A program made the translations under genes and the position numbers. Shown here piece by piece: positions 1 to 9,273 of a stretch of DNA of 29,799 nt. Below the pieces are notes generated by a model. That model was given only the letters and a program-made list of their open reading frames with translations, was not told the DNA's origin and searched no databases. The stretch lies in the sequence record SRR31156797_505. The stretch is one strand, 5' to 3'. Each line of letters opens with the position of its first letter. The stretch's first letter is position 1.

Positions 1-2
1 TT

Positions 3-2468
3 ATTGCGGAAGATGATCAGCAGCTTTTCAAAGGTATGGGGCTGTATTTCAACGGCATTGAGACGGGGAAGGTCACCTCAATAGAATATGATGACAAACT
101 TAAGAGTTACCTTGTTAAGGCGTATATCGAAGGAAGTTATAAGAAATATATTAATGGGCAGTCTAGGTTCTGGAATACAAGCGGTTTGGATGTCAGGTTT
201 GATTCTGCTGGTTTTCAGGTAAGCTCGCCCCCTCTGATGAGTATATTAAACGGCGGGATATCCTATTCGTCTGACCAGATAGTTAAGGCTCCTCAGCCTT
301 TGAAGCAGTACAATATATACAGAAACTACGAAGAGACTTTGCTCAGCAATAACAGCATAACAGTTTATATGGATGAAACCTATGGGGCTATAGCTGGCAG
401 AACTCCGATACTTTATAAAGGGCTTAAGGTCGGTATGGTGACAGAGCTTGAACTTGAGATTGACAAAAAGTCTGTGCTTGCAACCGTCAAGCTTATGAGA
501 GAGCAGGAAGACCTAGCAAGGTCAGGCAGCAGGTTTGTCTTAAGGCGTGCAAAGATATCTCCTTCTGGTGTGGAGAATCTTTCATCAATAGTGACAGGTG
601 TCTACCTTGAGCTTATCGCTGGTGAAGGAGAGCCGGAGGATGAATACATTCTTTTGATTGATGATATCCCTGAGTTCCCGATTGGCGGAGTACCTGTGAC
701 TTTTACTGCTGATAATAAGGGCTCAGTTGATAAAGGGAGTGGGATATATTTTAAAGGTGTCCGGGTTGGTGAGGTTACAGCTTTTAAGCTTTCAAAGAGG
801 GGCGTTATCTTTGATGGCGCAATCTATAAAGAATACAGTCATCTCGCTGTGAGAGGGCTTTACCTTTGGGAATCGAGTGCGGTTGAGGTGAGTCTGGATA
901 CGAAGCTGAATATTAAAACGGCTCCGGTATCGCACATTATCAGCGGTGGAGTGAATGCCGGTTTCTTCGGTAAAAACAGAGGGAAACCTCTTGGCGAGAG
1001 AACTTTGAAACTATACCGAAGCGAGGATTCGGCGAAAGAAGCTTACATAGCAAGTAAGGGGATAAAGAAGATTTTCCTCATCACTGATAATGCGTCAGGT
1101 CTCTCAAAAGGTGCACCGCTTATTTACCGTGGGATGAAGGTTGGTGAGCTGGGGAACAGATTTCTAAGTGAGAAGACCGGCGTCGTTAGCATAAGTGCTA
1201 TGATCGAGCCTAAATATAAATATCTATTAAAGGGTTCTGTGTACTTCTGGAAACATGGCGGTGCTTCTGTTTCTGTGAAAGACGGCGAGCTGAAAGTTAA
1301 GACTCCGACAGTGACATCACTTATATCCGGCGGGGTAGAGTTCGAGACTGACAGTATAGTTCCAAACGGAATGAGCCGTACGGTTTTCGAAGATAAATCT
1401 ACTGCATTGAAAGCCTTTAAGCTGGCTCTTGCGAAGAAAAAATTGAGGCTTTATTCGAGGGGTGAAACACTCCCTCCGGTTGGTGCTGAGGTCTTCCATA
1501 AAGGGGTTAAGGCTGGTGAGGTTTACGGGAATGGATATAGCCCTGATAGAAAACAGGCTTACGCTGATGTTCTGTTATATGATCAGTTTGCCTCGTCGGT
1601 ATCGGACTCCACAAGGTTCTGGAAGGGGAGCGCAGTCAGTGTCAAAGCCACTGGTGACGGTATAGATGTTAAGAGTGAACCAGTTACATCATTTCTGAAG
1701 GGTGCGCTGCATTATGATTCATTTGCCTCTTCTGAAGGGGCTGATTTTATATACGCTGACAGGAATTCTGCGGAACGCCCAGACCATATCGAGGCTGTTT
1801 TAATATTAAAATCAGTTAATAATTTAAAAGAACGTGCTCCTGTTTTGCATAAAAATGAGAAAATTGGTTATGTGGAAAGTATAGAGAAGTATGGAGATGT
1901 ATATAAAGCCGGACTGGTTATCTTCAAGGGGAATAGTAAACTTTTGAGGGATGATTCTATCTTCTGGCTGGAGGATATTGAGCTCTCTTTAAGCGGTGTT
2001 AAGAATGCGGATTCTGTCATCTATGGCGCAAAGGTTGTAATGTCGTCTGGTGAAGGAGAAGAGGCTAGGGAATTTATCGCCTCTGACAAGCCTGCATCGC
2101 CTTTTTACGGTATGCCCGGTTTGCGTTTGGTTCTGACGTCGGATAGCCGAAACTCCCTTGAGGTCGGGTCACCTGTTTACTTCAGACAGGTCGCAACAGG
2201 GGCTATAGAATGGGTCAAGCTCACTGAGAGCGGCGACAGTGTCGAAACGGGTATTTTTATAGATGAGAAGTATCAGCATCTTGTAAAAGATAATTCAGTA
2301 TTTACCCTCGCTACAGGTGTTCAAGCAAGATTCGGTTTCTTCAGCGGTTTAAGGGTGAAAACGGAATCAGTGAAAGCCATCCTGAAAGGAGGCGTGTCAT
2401 TCAGCAATCCTGATGTGGACGGCAACCCTGCGGAAGATGGTGATAGATTTAATCTTTACGTTGAATAG
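3..2468 (+). CDS. letB: LetB/YebT (PqiB-family) multi-MCE-domain intermembrane lipid transport protein, 5'-partial
   Basis: The frame is open to the window edge (IAEDDQQLFKG precedes the ATG at 36). Seven MCE signature motifs are visible: GLYFNGIETGKV, TPILYKGLKVGMV, SGIYFKGVRVGEV, APLIYRGMKVGEL, AEVFHKGVKAGEV, APVLHKNEKIGYV and SPVYFRQVATGAI. Each is followed by an SRFW/FW...GG-type segment. No N-terminal TM anchor lies in the window. Confidence 0.85.
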   Translation: MAEDDQQLFKGMGLYFNGIETGKVTSIEYDDKLKSYLVKAYIEGSYKKYINGQSRFWNTSGLDVRFDSAGFQVSSPPLMSILNGGISYSSDQIVKAPQPLKQYNIYRNYEETLLSNNSITVYMDETYGAIAGRTPILYKGLKVGMVTELELEIDKKSVLATVKLMREQEDLARSGSRFVLRRAKISPSGVENLSSIVTGVYLELIAGEGEPEDEYILLIDDIPEFPIGGVPVTFTADNKGSVDKGSGIYFKGVRVGEVTAFKLSKRGVIFDGAIYKEYSHLAVRGLYLWESSAVEVSLDTKLNIKTAPVSHIISGGVNAGFFGKNRGKPLGERTLKLYRSEDSAKEAYIASKGIKKIFLITDNASGLSKGAPLIYRGMKVGELGNRFLSEKTGVVSISAMIEPKYKYLLKGSVYFWKHGGASVSVKDGELKVKTPTVTSLISGGVEFETDSIVPNGMSRTVFEDKSTALKAFKLALAKKKLRLYSRGETLPPVGAEVFHKGVKAGEVYGNGYSPDRKQAYADVLLYDQFASSVSDSTRFWKGSAVSVKATGDGIDVKSEPVTSFLKGALHYDSFASSEGADFIYADRNSAERPDHIEAVLILKSVNNLKERAPVLHKNEKIGYVESIEKYGDVYKAGLVIFKGNSKLLRDDSIFWLEDIELSLSGVKNADSVIYGAKVVMSSGEGEEAREFIASDKPASPFYGMPGLRLVLTSDSRNSLEVGSPVYFRQVATGAIEWVKLTESGDSVETGIFIDEKYQHLVKDNSVFTLATGVQARFGFFSGLRVKTESVKAILKGGVSFSNPDVDGNPAEDGDRFNLYVE

Positions 2469-2473
2469 ACATT

Positions 2474-2510
2474 AAAAACCCCCGAAACCTTATGGCAACG
2501 GGGGCTTTTT
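2474..2510. terminator. Probable bidirectional intrinsic terminator between the convergent letB and cytochrome genes
   Basis: AAAAA-CCCCCG...CGGGGG-C-TTTTT: a GC stem flanked by an A tract and a T tract. Confidence 0.75.
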
Positions 2511-2532
2511 GTGTGGTGTTGGAAGTTACATC

Positions 2533-4581
2533 CTATTTAGCAGGTCCAACCTCAGTTGCTTTCATCATAGGCTTATCTTTCGCCTCGAAGCCTGCTTTTT
2601 TCATGATGGTTTCTATCGCTATGTTATGAAGCTTATCGTTAGGAGCTTTACCTACGTTCTTCACAACTTTATCCCATGATTCCTTGTCTGCGGACTGGTA
2701 TGAGTGACAGCTTAGGCAAGCGTTTACACGCCAGATCTTCTGCTGTTCCTCTTTGTTGAATGGGCGTGCACCGTAGTGACTTGTCGCCTGAATCTGATTA
2801 CCGTCCTCGTCAACAATACGCTCAAGCTCAAAGTCTATGTCGAGACCGTTTTTGCGTGAGTCGTAAACTCCACCGCCGAGACCGAGAGCTTTCTTGCTTG
2901 CGTGGCAAGATTCGCATGTCCTTGGTGTCGCTGATGTTGTATGCGGAACAATAGGGTTTTGTGCTAATCCGCTATGTCCGTCTGATGTGGTGAAAACGTG
3001 GCTGTCGTATTTAACGCCGTCAGCATTCTCGCCGCCAACCTGTGTGAATATCGCCTGACATCCAGGTACGAACGGAGATACTTTGCCTTCGTGGTTTATA
3101 CCGAGCACAGGGTCTTCCCAGCGTACATACGAGCGTGTCTCTTTCCAGCTGTAGGCAGTTTTGTCTCTATTGCCTTTGAGAGCGGCCTGCGAAGGATCTT
3201 TCGCGCCGTCTTTAGCTGTGAGCCAGTCACCGTTTTTCTTGCTGATGTTTTGCTGTGCGTGGCAGCCGTAACATTGTGGAGCCCAGCCGGAGTGGCATGT
3301 GTAACACTCGAGTTTGCCCTGATGAGCTTCGAGCTTCATTGCAACCTGTGCGCTGACAGTTCCGTTTTCTACGTGGTCTTTCGCCTGAGGAACCACCAGT
3401 TGTTTTTTAGAACGCTTGGTTGTGAGTACAACCTTGTCGCCTTCTTGCTTAAGGTTATCAATCTTTTCGCCATTCTTTTCGTATTTAAGAGTTGAATACT
3501 CTGTATAGTCACCGTGGCAGTCAGTACACTGAACTTCTATAGCCATCCATTTTTTGGAATAGATGTTTCCGTCACCGTGCATTTCACGTGTGTTGTGACA
3601 GTCGATACAGTCCATGCCTGCATCAAAGTGTGCATCAGCCTGAAGGTGATTATAATTTTTACCGTGGAGCTTTGCTCCGGCTTTCTTGCCGAACTTTTCA
3701 TCGTCCCAAGGTGAGCCGTAGCCGTCTGATTCCATCATACCTGTGTATGAAACACCAGTTCTTGCGCCTCTGTTATGACAATGCTGGCACTGCCATGTGT
3801 CCATAAAACGCTCAAGCTTGTGAACTTTCGCTCTAGGTTTTTTAATAGCGCCTTTTTCGTTCTTAGCGTTGAGGTAAGGCTTCATCTTGTCGCCGCCCTT
3901 ATATGTTCCGTCGTTATCGTAAGGGACGTGACACGCAGCACAACCTGAAGCTCTGTAGTCGCCCGCTCTCTGGTGACCGGTAGACCAAACGTGGCAACGG
4001 AGACACTGATTTCTCAGGTAGTCATCTGCCGGATGGTTGGTGTCAGAGATAGGTTTTGCAGGGTCGTAGTATGGGAGCTCTTTCAGGCTAGGGAGTGCAT
4101 TTTCCGATTTAACATCACCATCTTTATCTTCGACAGCGTATGTAGCATAAATTGCATTCTTATCAGCCTGTGCGTTCCATGTGTATCTTGTTCCGCTGAT
4201 GATACCTGCTGATGTGCCGTGAAGAGATTTAGCGACATTGTCGACATACTCATCGTGACAGGTTCCGCAGGTTTCGCCGATAACACGGAGATCGGTAGGG
4301 TTCGCATACATGCCTTTGTGTGCGGCATCTTTTGAGTCGCCCTGATCATTACCCATATGACAGTCGGTACAGCCGAGGTCTGCCATATCTGGGATGTCAG
4401 TAAATTTCTCAATACCTTCGTGACAGCCGAGACAGCCCTTTTCAGGTGCTGGGTTCATCATCACGCCGGAGTCAGTTTTTGCAATTGCTTCTTTCGGTGC
4501 AACAGACATGCAGGCCGAAAGAACAACCACAGCAAAAAGAGCAGCCAGTATAGGTACAAATAAAAACGCTCTCTTTCTCAT
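2533..4581 (-). CDS. Dodecaheme c-type cytochrome lipoprotein, resembling the ExtM-like multiheme family; 682 aa
   Basis: 12 CxxCH motifs: CLGCH, CTDCH, CGTCH, CLRCH, CAACH, CQHCH, CIDCH, CTDCH, CYTCH, CYGCH, CESCH, CLSCH. Start re-assigned to the ATG at 4581, which has an AAGGAGG RBS. This gives MRKRAFLFVPILAALFAVVVLSAC, a signal peptide with an LSAC lipobox. The family resemblance is recalled from motif layout, not from a search. Confidence 0.9.
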   Translation of the reverse strand: MRKRAFLFVPILAALFAVVVLSACMSVAPKEAIAKTDSGVMMNPAPEKGCLGCHEGIEKFTDIPDMADLGCTDCHMGNDQGDSKDAAHKGMYANPTDLRVIGETCGTCHDEYVDNVAKSLHGTSAGIISGTRYTWNAQADKNAIYATYAVEDKDGDVKSENALPSLKELPYYDPAKPISDTNHPADDYLRNQCLRCHVWSTGHQRAGDYRASGCAACHVPYDNDGTYKGGDKMKPYLNAKNEKGAIKKPRAKVHKLERFMDTWQCQHCHNRGARTGVSYTGMMESDGYGSPWDDEKFGKKAGAKLHGKNYNHLQADAHFDAGMDCIDCHNTREMHGDGNIYSKKWMAIEVQCTDCHGDYTEYSTLKYEKNGEKIDNLKQEGDKVVLTTKRSKKQLVVPQAKDHVENGTVSAQVAMKLEAHQGKLECYTCHSGWAPQCYGCHAQQNISKKNGDWLTAKDGAKDPSQAALKGNRDKTAYSWKETRSYVRWEDPVLGINHEGKVSPFVPGCQAIFTQVGGENADGVKYDSHVFTTSDGHSGLAQNPIVPHTTSATPRTCESCHASKKALGLGGGVYDSRKNGLDIDFELERIVDEDGNQIQATSHYGARPFNKEEQQKIWRVNACLSCHSYQSADKESWDKVVKNVGKAPNDKLHNIAIETIMKKAGFEAKDKPMMKATEVGPAK

Positions 4582-4615
4582 GATATTCCTCCTTATTAGT
4601 AACAGATATCTATTA

Positions 4616-4632
4616 TGCAAAAGGAGTGCCAA
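4616..4632 (-). promoter_or_regulatory. Sigma-54 (-24/-12) promoter of the dodecaheme cytochrome gene
   Basis: The minus strand reads TTGGCACTCCTTTTGCA, i.e. TGGCAC-N5-TTGCA with exact GG-N10-GC spacing, about 35 nt upstream of the ATG. A sigma-54 activator gene is adjacent. Confidence 0.88.
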
Positions 4633-4690
4633 GTTTTGACATTTTTTTATTGAATATTAACAGTGGTTTAAAGCGTCAGGGGTCGAAGGT

Positions 4691-4741
4691 GTAAAAAATG
4701 TTACCGGTAAGAAAGTTACCGGCTGGTAAGAATCTTACCAG
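4691..4741. promoter_or_regulatory. Tandem palindromes GGTAA-N5-TTACC, candidate enhancer (UAS) for the sigma-54 activator
   Basis: CCGGTAAGAAAGTTACCGG (4704-4722), CTGGTAAGAATCTTACCAG (4723-4741) and a degenerate GTAA-N6-TTAC (4691-4704). They lie about 90-135 bp upstream of the predicted TSS and could also act as terminator hairpins for the regulator gene. Confidence 0.6.
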
Positions 4742-4744
4742 TGG

Positions 4745-6079
4745 CTAGTCATCGTCGTCTATACCGTATTCGGCAAGTTTCTTCCTTAGCGTCAGCCTGC
4801 TAACACCAAGTATAAGGGAGGCTTTCGTCTTATTTCTGCCGGACTTTTCGTAAACAGAGATGATGTGGTTCTTCTCAACCTCTTTAAGCGGGAGGCATCC
4901 GCCTTCTTCGCAGTTGTTTTCGTCGTTGCACTGGTTTGTGCTTTCAAGTTTCGGCATACAGCCAAAAAGAACTGTACGTTCCATGACATTTTTTAGTTCA
5001 CGCACATTGCCGGGCCATGAGTAGCCCCTTATTGATTCTTTATCCTTCTCTGTCAGAGGGAAAGCGGTTTTGTTCATCTTGGTTATGTACTCGTTAAGGT
5101 AGTGCTCAGCTATCTCCACAGCATCAGCAGGTCGCTCAGCTAGTTTAGGTGTTTGTACGTTGATTACGTTCAGCCTGAAGAAGAGGTCTTCACGGAACCC
5201 GCCATCAGCAACTGATTGTTTAAGGTCCCTGTTAGTGGCTGAAATGACCCTTACGTCTACTTTTGTCTCTATGGTTGAGCCTAATTTATAAAATGTTCCG
5301 CTTTCGAGGAATCTGAGCAGTTTCACCTGTGTGGTCATAGGGAGGTCGCCGACTTCATCGAAAAATATGCTCCCGCCGGACGCCATCTCCAGCAATCCTT
5401 TTTTACTCTTTTTCGCATCGGTAAAGGCGCCATTCTCATAGCCGAAAAGCTCTGATTCAACTAATTGTTCCGGTATGCCTGCGGAGTTTATTTTCACAAA
5501 CGGACGTTCTGCTCTCGGCGAGAGGTTGTGTATGGCAGTGGCTACAAGCTCCTTGCCTGTTCCTGTGTCACCTGTTATGAGGACTCTTGTGTCCGGTGAT
5601 GATGCCGCAGTGAGCACATCCTCTTTAAGTTTTTTAACGATTTCTGATGAGCCGAGGATCATGTCGAGAGGGGATTTCTTGCTGTCACTTTTCAGGACAT
5701 TAAGGTTCTGCTTGGCTAGCTTCATCTCAAGGGCGTTTTTAACTGTGTGGTTCAGGTCGTCTAAATCAAAAGGTTTATTTACATAGTCGAATGCGCCCAT
5801 TTTAAGTGTTTTGACAGCCATCTGAACTTCAGGATAGGCGGTCATTATTACAGCTTCTGTTCCGCCGGGGGACTTCTTTAAAAGTGGTAAGAGGTCGGTT
5901 CCTTCGCCGTCAGAGAGGTTGACGTCAAGCACAGCGACATCAAAAGCTTCAGAGAGAAGTTTATCTCTAGCACAGCTATAAGTTTCGCAATCTGTAACAT
6001 CAAATTTGCTTGAAAAATACTTTACCAGCGAGGTTCTCAGCAGTTCGTCATCTTCGACAATCAGTAGTCTGTTTCTCAT
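4745..6079 (-). CDS. Sigma-54-dependent response regulator (NtrC/AtoC family: REC-AAA+-Fis HTH)
   Basis: REC motifs (VEDD, LDVNLSDG, TAY, KPF), Walker A GDTGTGKE, ESELFG..GAFTDA loop, Walker B FFDEV, REDLFFRL, WPGNVREL, and a C-terminal HTH (NKTKASLILGVSRLTLRKKL). Confidence 0.95.
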   Translation of the reverse strand: MRNRLLIVEDDELLRTSLVKYFSSKFDVTDCETYSCARDKLLSEAFDVAVLDVNLSDGEGTDLLPLLKKSPGGTEAVIMTAYPEVQMAVKTLKMGAFDYVNKPFDLDDLNHTVKNALEMKLAKQNLNVLKSDSKKSPLDMILGSSEIVKKLKEDVLTAASSPDTRVLITGDTGTGKELVATAIHNLSPRAERPFVKINSAGIPEQLVESELFGYENGAFTDAKKSKKGLLEMASGGSIFFDEVGDLPMTTQVKLLRFLESGTFYKLGSTIETKVDVRVISATNRDLKQSVADGGFREDLFFRLNVINVQTPKLAERPADAVEIAEHYLNEYITKMNKTAFPLTEKDKESIRGYSWPGNVRELKNVMERTVLFGCMPKLESTNQCNDENNCEEGGCLPLKEVEKNHIISVYEKSGRNKTKASLILGVSRLTLRKKLAEYGIDDDD

Positions 6080-7983
6080 TTGAATATAATCCTTATCCCT
6101 AGTCCAAACCCTTTGACATTTTCAGCTTGCATCTCCCACCCGTTCTCTTTGATAAGGTCCTTAACTATCGCAAGCCCCAGCCCTGTTCCTTCATTTTTGG
6201 TTGTGAAGAAGGGGTTAAAAAGCTGGTTAATATCTTCGACACCGCTTCCTGAATCGTAAATGTGGAGCTGCGGTGTGTCGTCAGCTATATAGACATCAGC
6301 GTAGATTTCGCCTCCGTCTTTCAGCTCATGTATTGAGTTTATCATAATATTAAATAAAATTTGTCTTATCTCAGTTTCGTCACAGTGGAGCTTATACGTG
6401 GCGCTGGTTATAATATTAAGCTTTACCCTGTTCTTTTTCATCTCAGCACGAAGGAAGTCGTTCACCTCGTAGAGCATAGAGTGTATGTCTACATCCTTTC
6501 GCTCGGCCTGTTTTCGTCCGCCGAATTTTGTGATGCTTCTGAGGAATTCGCTCAGCTTATCTACCTGAGAGATGATTTTACCAATAAACTCTCTCTCTTC
6601 GTCGTCGTGGGCGTCCATTTTCAAAAGTTGCAAGCTTGTCTTCATAGCGGCTAGAGGGTTACCTATCTCGTGTGCCACAGTTGCGGAGATAAGCCCCAGA
6701 GACGCCAGCCTGTCGGCGTGCATAAGCTGTGTCTGCACATCTCTGAGCTGTTTCTCGTACTGCATCTGTTTTTCAGCCATGCCAGCGATCTGTTTGATGT
6801 TGCGGTCTATACGCTCTTCAAGGCTGTTATTAAGGTGCTCCAGCTCGGTTGAGGTGTTATGCAGACCAACTGCCATATTATGAATCTCAACTCCTATCTC
6901 GTCGAATTCCTTGATGCCTGTCATCTTAAAAGGTTTCTGGGATGCTTCGGGTATAAACCTCACTATGTTTTTTACTATACGAATGAGCTTACCTGAAACA
7001 GTGAGGGCGAGCAGAGCCGCAAGCCCGAGTATAGATGCGAGTGTGGTTAGGAACATCTTCATAGCATCAGTAAGCGTGCCGTATATTTCGTTGTCTGTAA
7101 CAGAAATTACCACCCGCCAAACATTACCGCCGTCCTGCATGTAGAAAAACACAGGCATAACGGAGAGGTATCCTTTTAATGTTTTTATTAAACTTTTCGG
7201 CTGTGCGTTAAAGATTGTTTCATTCGTTATTCCGAGTTTATTATTGAGAATGTCCGGTGGATTAACGACAAAGTTTGTGCCGTCATACCCGATGTATTTT
7301 CCGTGATTATTCATAAGAAAAGCTTTTTCAGAACGGTTTCCAGCAAATGGCAGAATCTTGCTGAGAATATAGTTACCGTCCATATTAACCATTAGTACAC
7401 CTTTCAGCTTCTGTTCGTGGAAAACTTTTATCCCGATCCTTGTGACAAGCCTCCAAGGCTCTTCGATTTTGTTATGCTCAACGTTAAGGTCGAGGTCTGA
7501 GACATATATATCACGTGGAGACACCCTCATCGCCTGTTTTACATAGTAATAGTTAGATTTGTCCTGAAGATTTTCAGGTTTAACCCAGCTAAGCCTTTTC
7601 TGGTTTCTATTCAGCCTTAGAACTTCTATACCATCTTTATCGATATATCTGAGTTGCAAAAATTCGGAGTGGCGAACCATTGTACCCTCAAAATCCGCTT
7701 TTACTATATCGAGGTTGTCGCCGTTTTTTAAAAAGTTCCTGAAAGAGTTATGCCCTTTGATAACAGATAGCTCCATCGCTGTTGATATTACCATGTCGTC
7801 AAGGAAGGCGCTTATAAGGCTGAACTGCTCTGATGTGCGCTGGCTTGTGTTGATGAGTGCAACTTTTTTTACTGAGTAGAAGGTGGTAAAAGTGAGCATA
7901 ATGGTAGGGATGATGGCTACTATCAGGAAAGCCGGAAGGAGACGCGCAGTGATAGAGTAAAAGAACTTGTTTTTCTCACCCAT
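6076..7983 (-). CDS. Sensor histidine kinase with a periplasmic dCache-type domain
   Basis: Two TM segments flank a periplasmic domain (QLRYIDKDG, LQDKSNYYY, YVSDLDLNVEH). H-box AHEIGNPL, N-box QILFNIMINS, DSGSG, FNPFFTTK, GTGLGL. ATGA overlap with the regulator gene at 6076-6079. Confidence 0.93.
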   Translation of the reverse strand: MGEKNKFFYSITARLLPAFLIVAIIPTIMLTFTTFYSVKKVALINTSQRTSEQFSLISAFLDDMVISTAMELSVIKGHNSFRNFLKNGDNLDIVKADFEGTMVRHSEFLQLRYIDKDGIEVLRLNRNQKRLSWVKPENLQDKSNYYYVKQAMRVSPRDIYVSDLDLNVEHNKIEEPWRLVTRIGIKVFHEQKLKGVLMVNMDGNYILSKILPFAGNRSEKAFLMNNHGKYIGYDGTNFVVNPPDILNNKLGITNETIFNAQPKSLIKTLKGYLSVMPVFFYMQDGGNVWRVVISVTDNEIYGTLTDAMKMFLTTLASILGLAALLALTVSGKLIRIVKNIVRFIPEASQKPFKMTGIKEFDEIGVEIHNMAVGLHNTSTELEHLNNSLEERIDRNIKQIAGMAEKQMQYEKQLRDVQTQLMHADRLASLGLISATVAHEIGNPLAAMKTSLQLLKMDAHDDEEREFIGKIISQVDKLSEFLRSITKFGGRKQAERKDVDIHSMLYEVNDFLRAEMKKNRVKLNIITSATYKLHCDETEIRQILFNIMINSIHELKDGGEIYADVYIADDTPQLHIYDSGSGVEDINQLFNPFFTTKNEGTGLGLAIVKDLIKENGWEMQAENVKGFGLGIRIIFK

Positions 7984-8063
7984 AAATAAACCTTCGCAAT
8001 CAAATTATATAGTAATAATAGCAACTATAATCTTATATGAAAGGTTAAATATTTAAAGGGGTA

Positions 8064-8089
8064 CCGGAGGGGAGGAGATCACCCTCCGG
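8064..8089 (-). terminator. Hairpin downstream of yqhD, probable terminator
   Basis: 8-bp stem CCGGAGGG/CCCTCCGG with a 10-nt loop. The U-tract on the minus strand is weak. Confidence 0.5.
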
Positions 8090-8100
8090 CAGTGTGTATG

Positions 8101-9273
8101 TTAAAGAGCTTTGTTAAGTATCTCTCTTGATACTTCGACTGTAATCTTTCCAGTCTCGGAAAGCTTTGTCATTCCATGCTTTTCAAGGTTTATGATTATT
8201 TTGTCTATATCGTTTTTGCCTATGCCGTAGTCTGATAGTTTTGTGTCGATACCGAGTGAATTAAAAAACTGCTCAGTTTTTTCTATGGCAGCGTCGATCT
8301 TTTCATCTTTTGTTCCTTCTGTGACGCTCCAGACTCTTTCTGCGTACTGTGCAAGCTTGTCCGCCTTCTGATCACGCATCACTCTCCACATGGCAGGTAG
8401 TACAATTGCTAGTGTCTTACCGTGGTCAATGCCGTGCAGGGCTGTGAGCTCGTGTCCTATCATATGAACTGACCAGTCCTGAGGTACTCCTGCGCCGATC
8501 AGTCCGTTGAGCGCCATGGTTGCATTCCAGACGAGGTTCGCCCGTGCATCATAGTTTGTCGGCTCATTAATTGTTTTGCGCCCGATCTCAATTAGGGTCT
8601 GAAGTATCCCTTCCGCTGTTCTGTCCTGAAAGCGACCTTCTGCCGGATAGGTTACATACTGCTCGATTGTGTGTATGAATGTGTCCACAATGCCGTTAGC
8701 CACCTGAGTAGCCGGGAGGGAGAATGTGTATTCCGGATCTAGTATGGAAAACTTAGGGAAGGCTTTTAGGTTGAAGAATGGAAGCTTGTCCTCGCCTCGT
8801 GTCACAACTCCTCCCATATTCATCTCTGAGCCTGTGGCGGGGAGTGTTACAACTGTTCCGAGGGGGATAACGTCCTGAACAGGGCTAGGATTGAAACCGA
8901 AATAGAGGAGCTCTTCCTCTTTCCCTTTGAACTGATCGGCATTTGCAGCAACTGCGATAAACTTTGTTCCGTCCATAACAGAGCCGCCGCCGACAGCGAG
9001 GAGGAAATCTACCTTTTCATCACGACAGACTTCAACAGCTTTCATAAGTGTGTCAAATTTCGGGTTAGGCTCAATACCTTCGAATAGGAGCACCTCTCGT
9101 GATGATTTTGCAAGCTCAGCCTGGACAGCGTCAAGCACGCCATTCTTCTTAACAGAGCCGCCGCCTATTGTTATAAGTATTTTTGCATCTTTCGGCACAA
9201 GTGAGTCGAGCTGTTTCACCTGTCCTTTTCCGAAAACTATTTGGGTTGGGTTATAAAAATTGAAATTATTCAC
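8101..9273 (-). CDS. yqhD: Iron-containing alcohol dehydrogenase family, YqhD-type NADPH-dependent aldehyde reductase (390 aa)
   Basis: N-terminus (M)NNFNFYNPTQIVFGKG, GGGSVKKNG, GIEPNP, AVGGGSVMDGTK, TLPATGSE, and metal ligands D..H, HMIGHE, H. GTG start at 9273 with an AGGAGA RBS. Confidence 0.92.
   Translation of the reverse strand: MNNFNFYNPTQIVFGKGQVKQLDSLVPKDAKILITIGGGSVKKNGVLDAVQAELAKSSREVLLFEGIEPNPKFDTLMKAVEVCRDEKVDFLLAVGGGSVMDGTKFIAVAANADQFKGKEEELLYFGFNPSPVQDVIPLGTVVTLPATGSEMNMGGVVTRGEDKLPFFNLKAFPKFSILDPEYTFSLPATQVANGIVDTFIHTIEQYVTYPAEGRFQDRTAEGILQTLIEIGRKTINEPTNYDARANLVWNATMALNGLIGAGVPQDWSVHMIGHELTALHGIDHGKTLAIVLPAMWRVMRDQKADKLAQYAERVWSVTEGTKDEKIDAAIEKTEQFFNSLGIDTKLSDYGIGKNDIDKIIINLEKHGMTKLSETGKITVEVSREILNKAL

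Noticed and set aside
2760-4563. Short antisense and alternate-frame ORFs within the cytochrome gene (e.g. 2998-3495, 4083-4412)
   Set aside because: Shadow ORFs of a codon-biased gene, with no recognisable motifs.
4582-4632. ORF-track TTG start at 4632 for the cytochrome
   Set aside because: That TTG lies within the sigma-54 promoter. The ATG at 4581 has a strong RBS and gives a proper lipoprotein signal.
4691-4741. Repeated palindromes as a mini-CRISPR or IS end
   Set aside because: There are no spacers and no cas or transposase gene. The position fits an enhancer or terminator.
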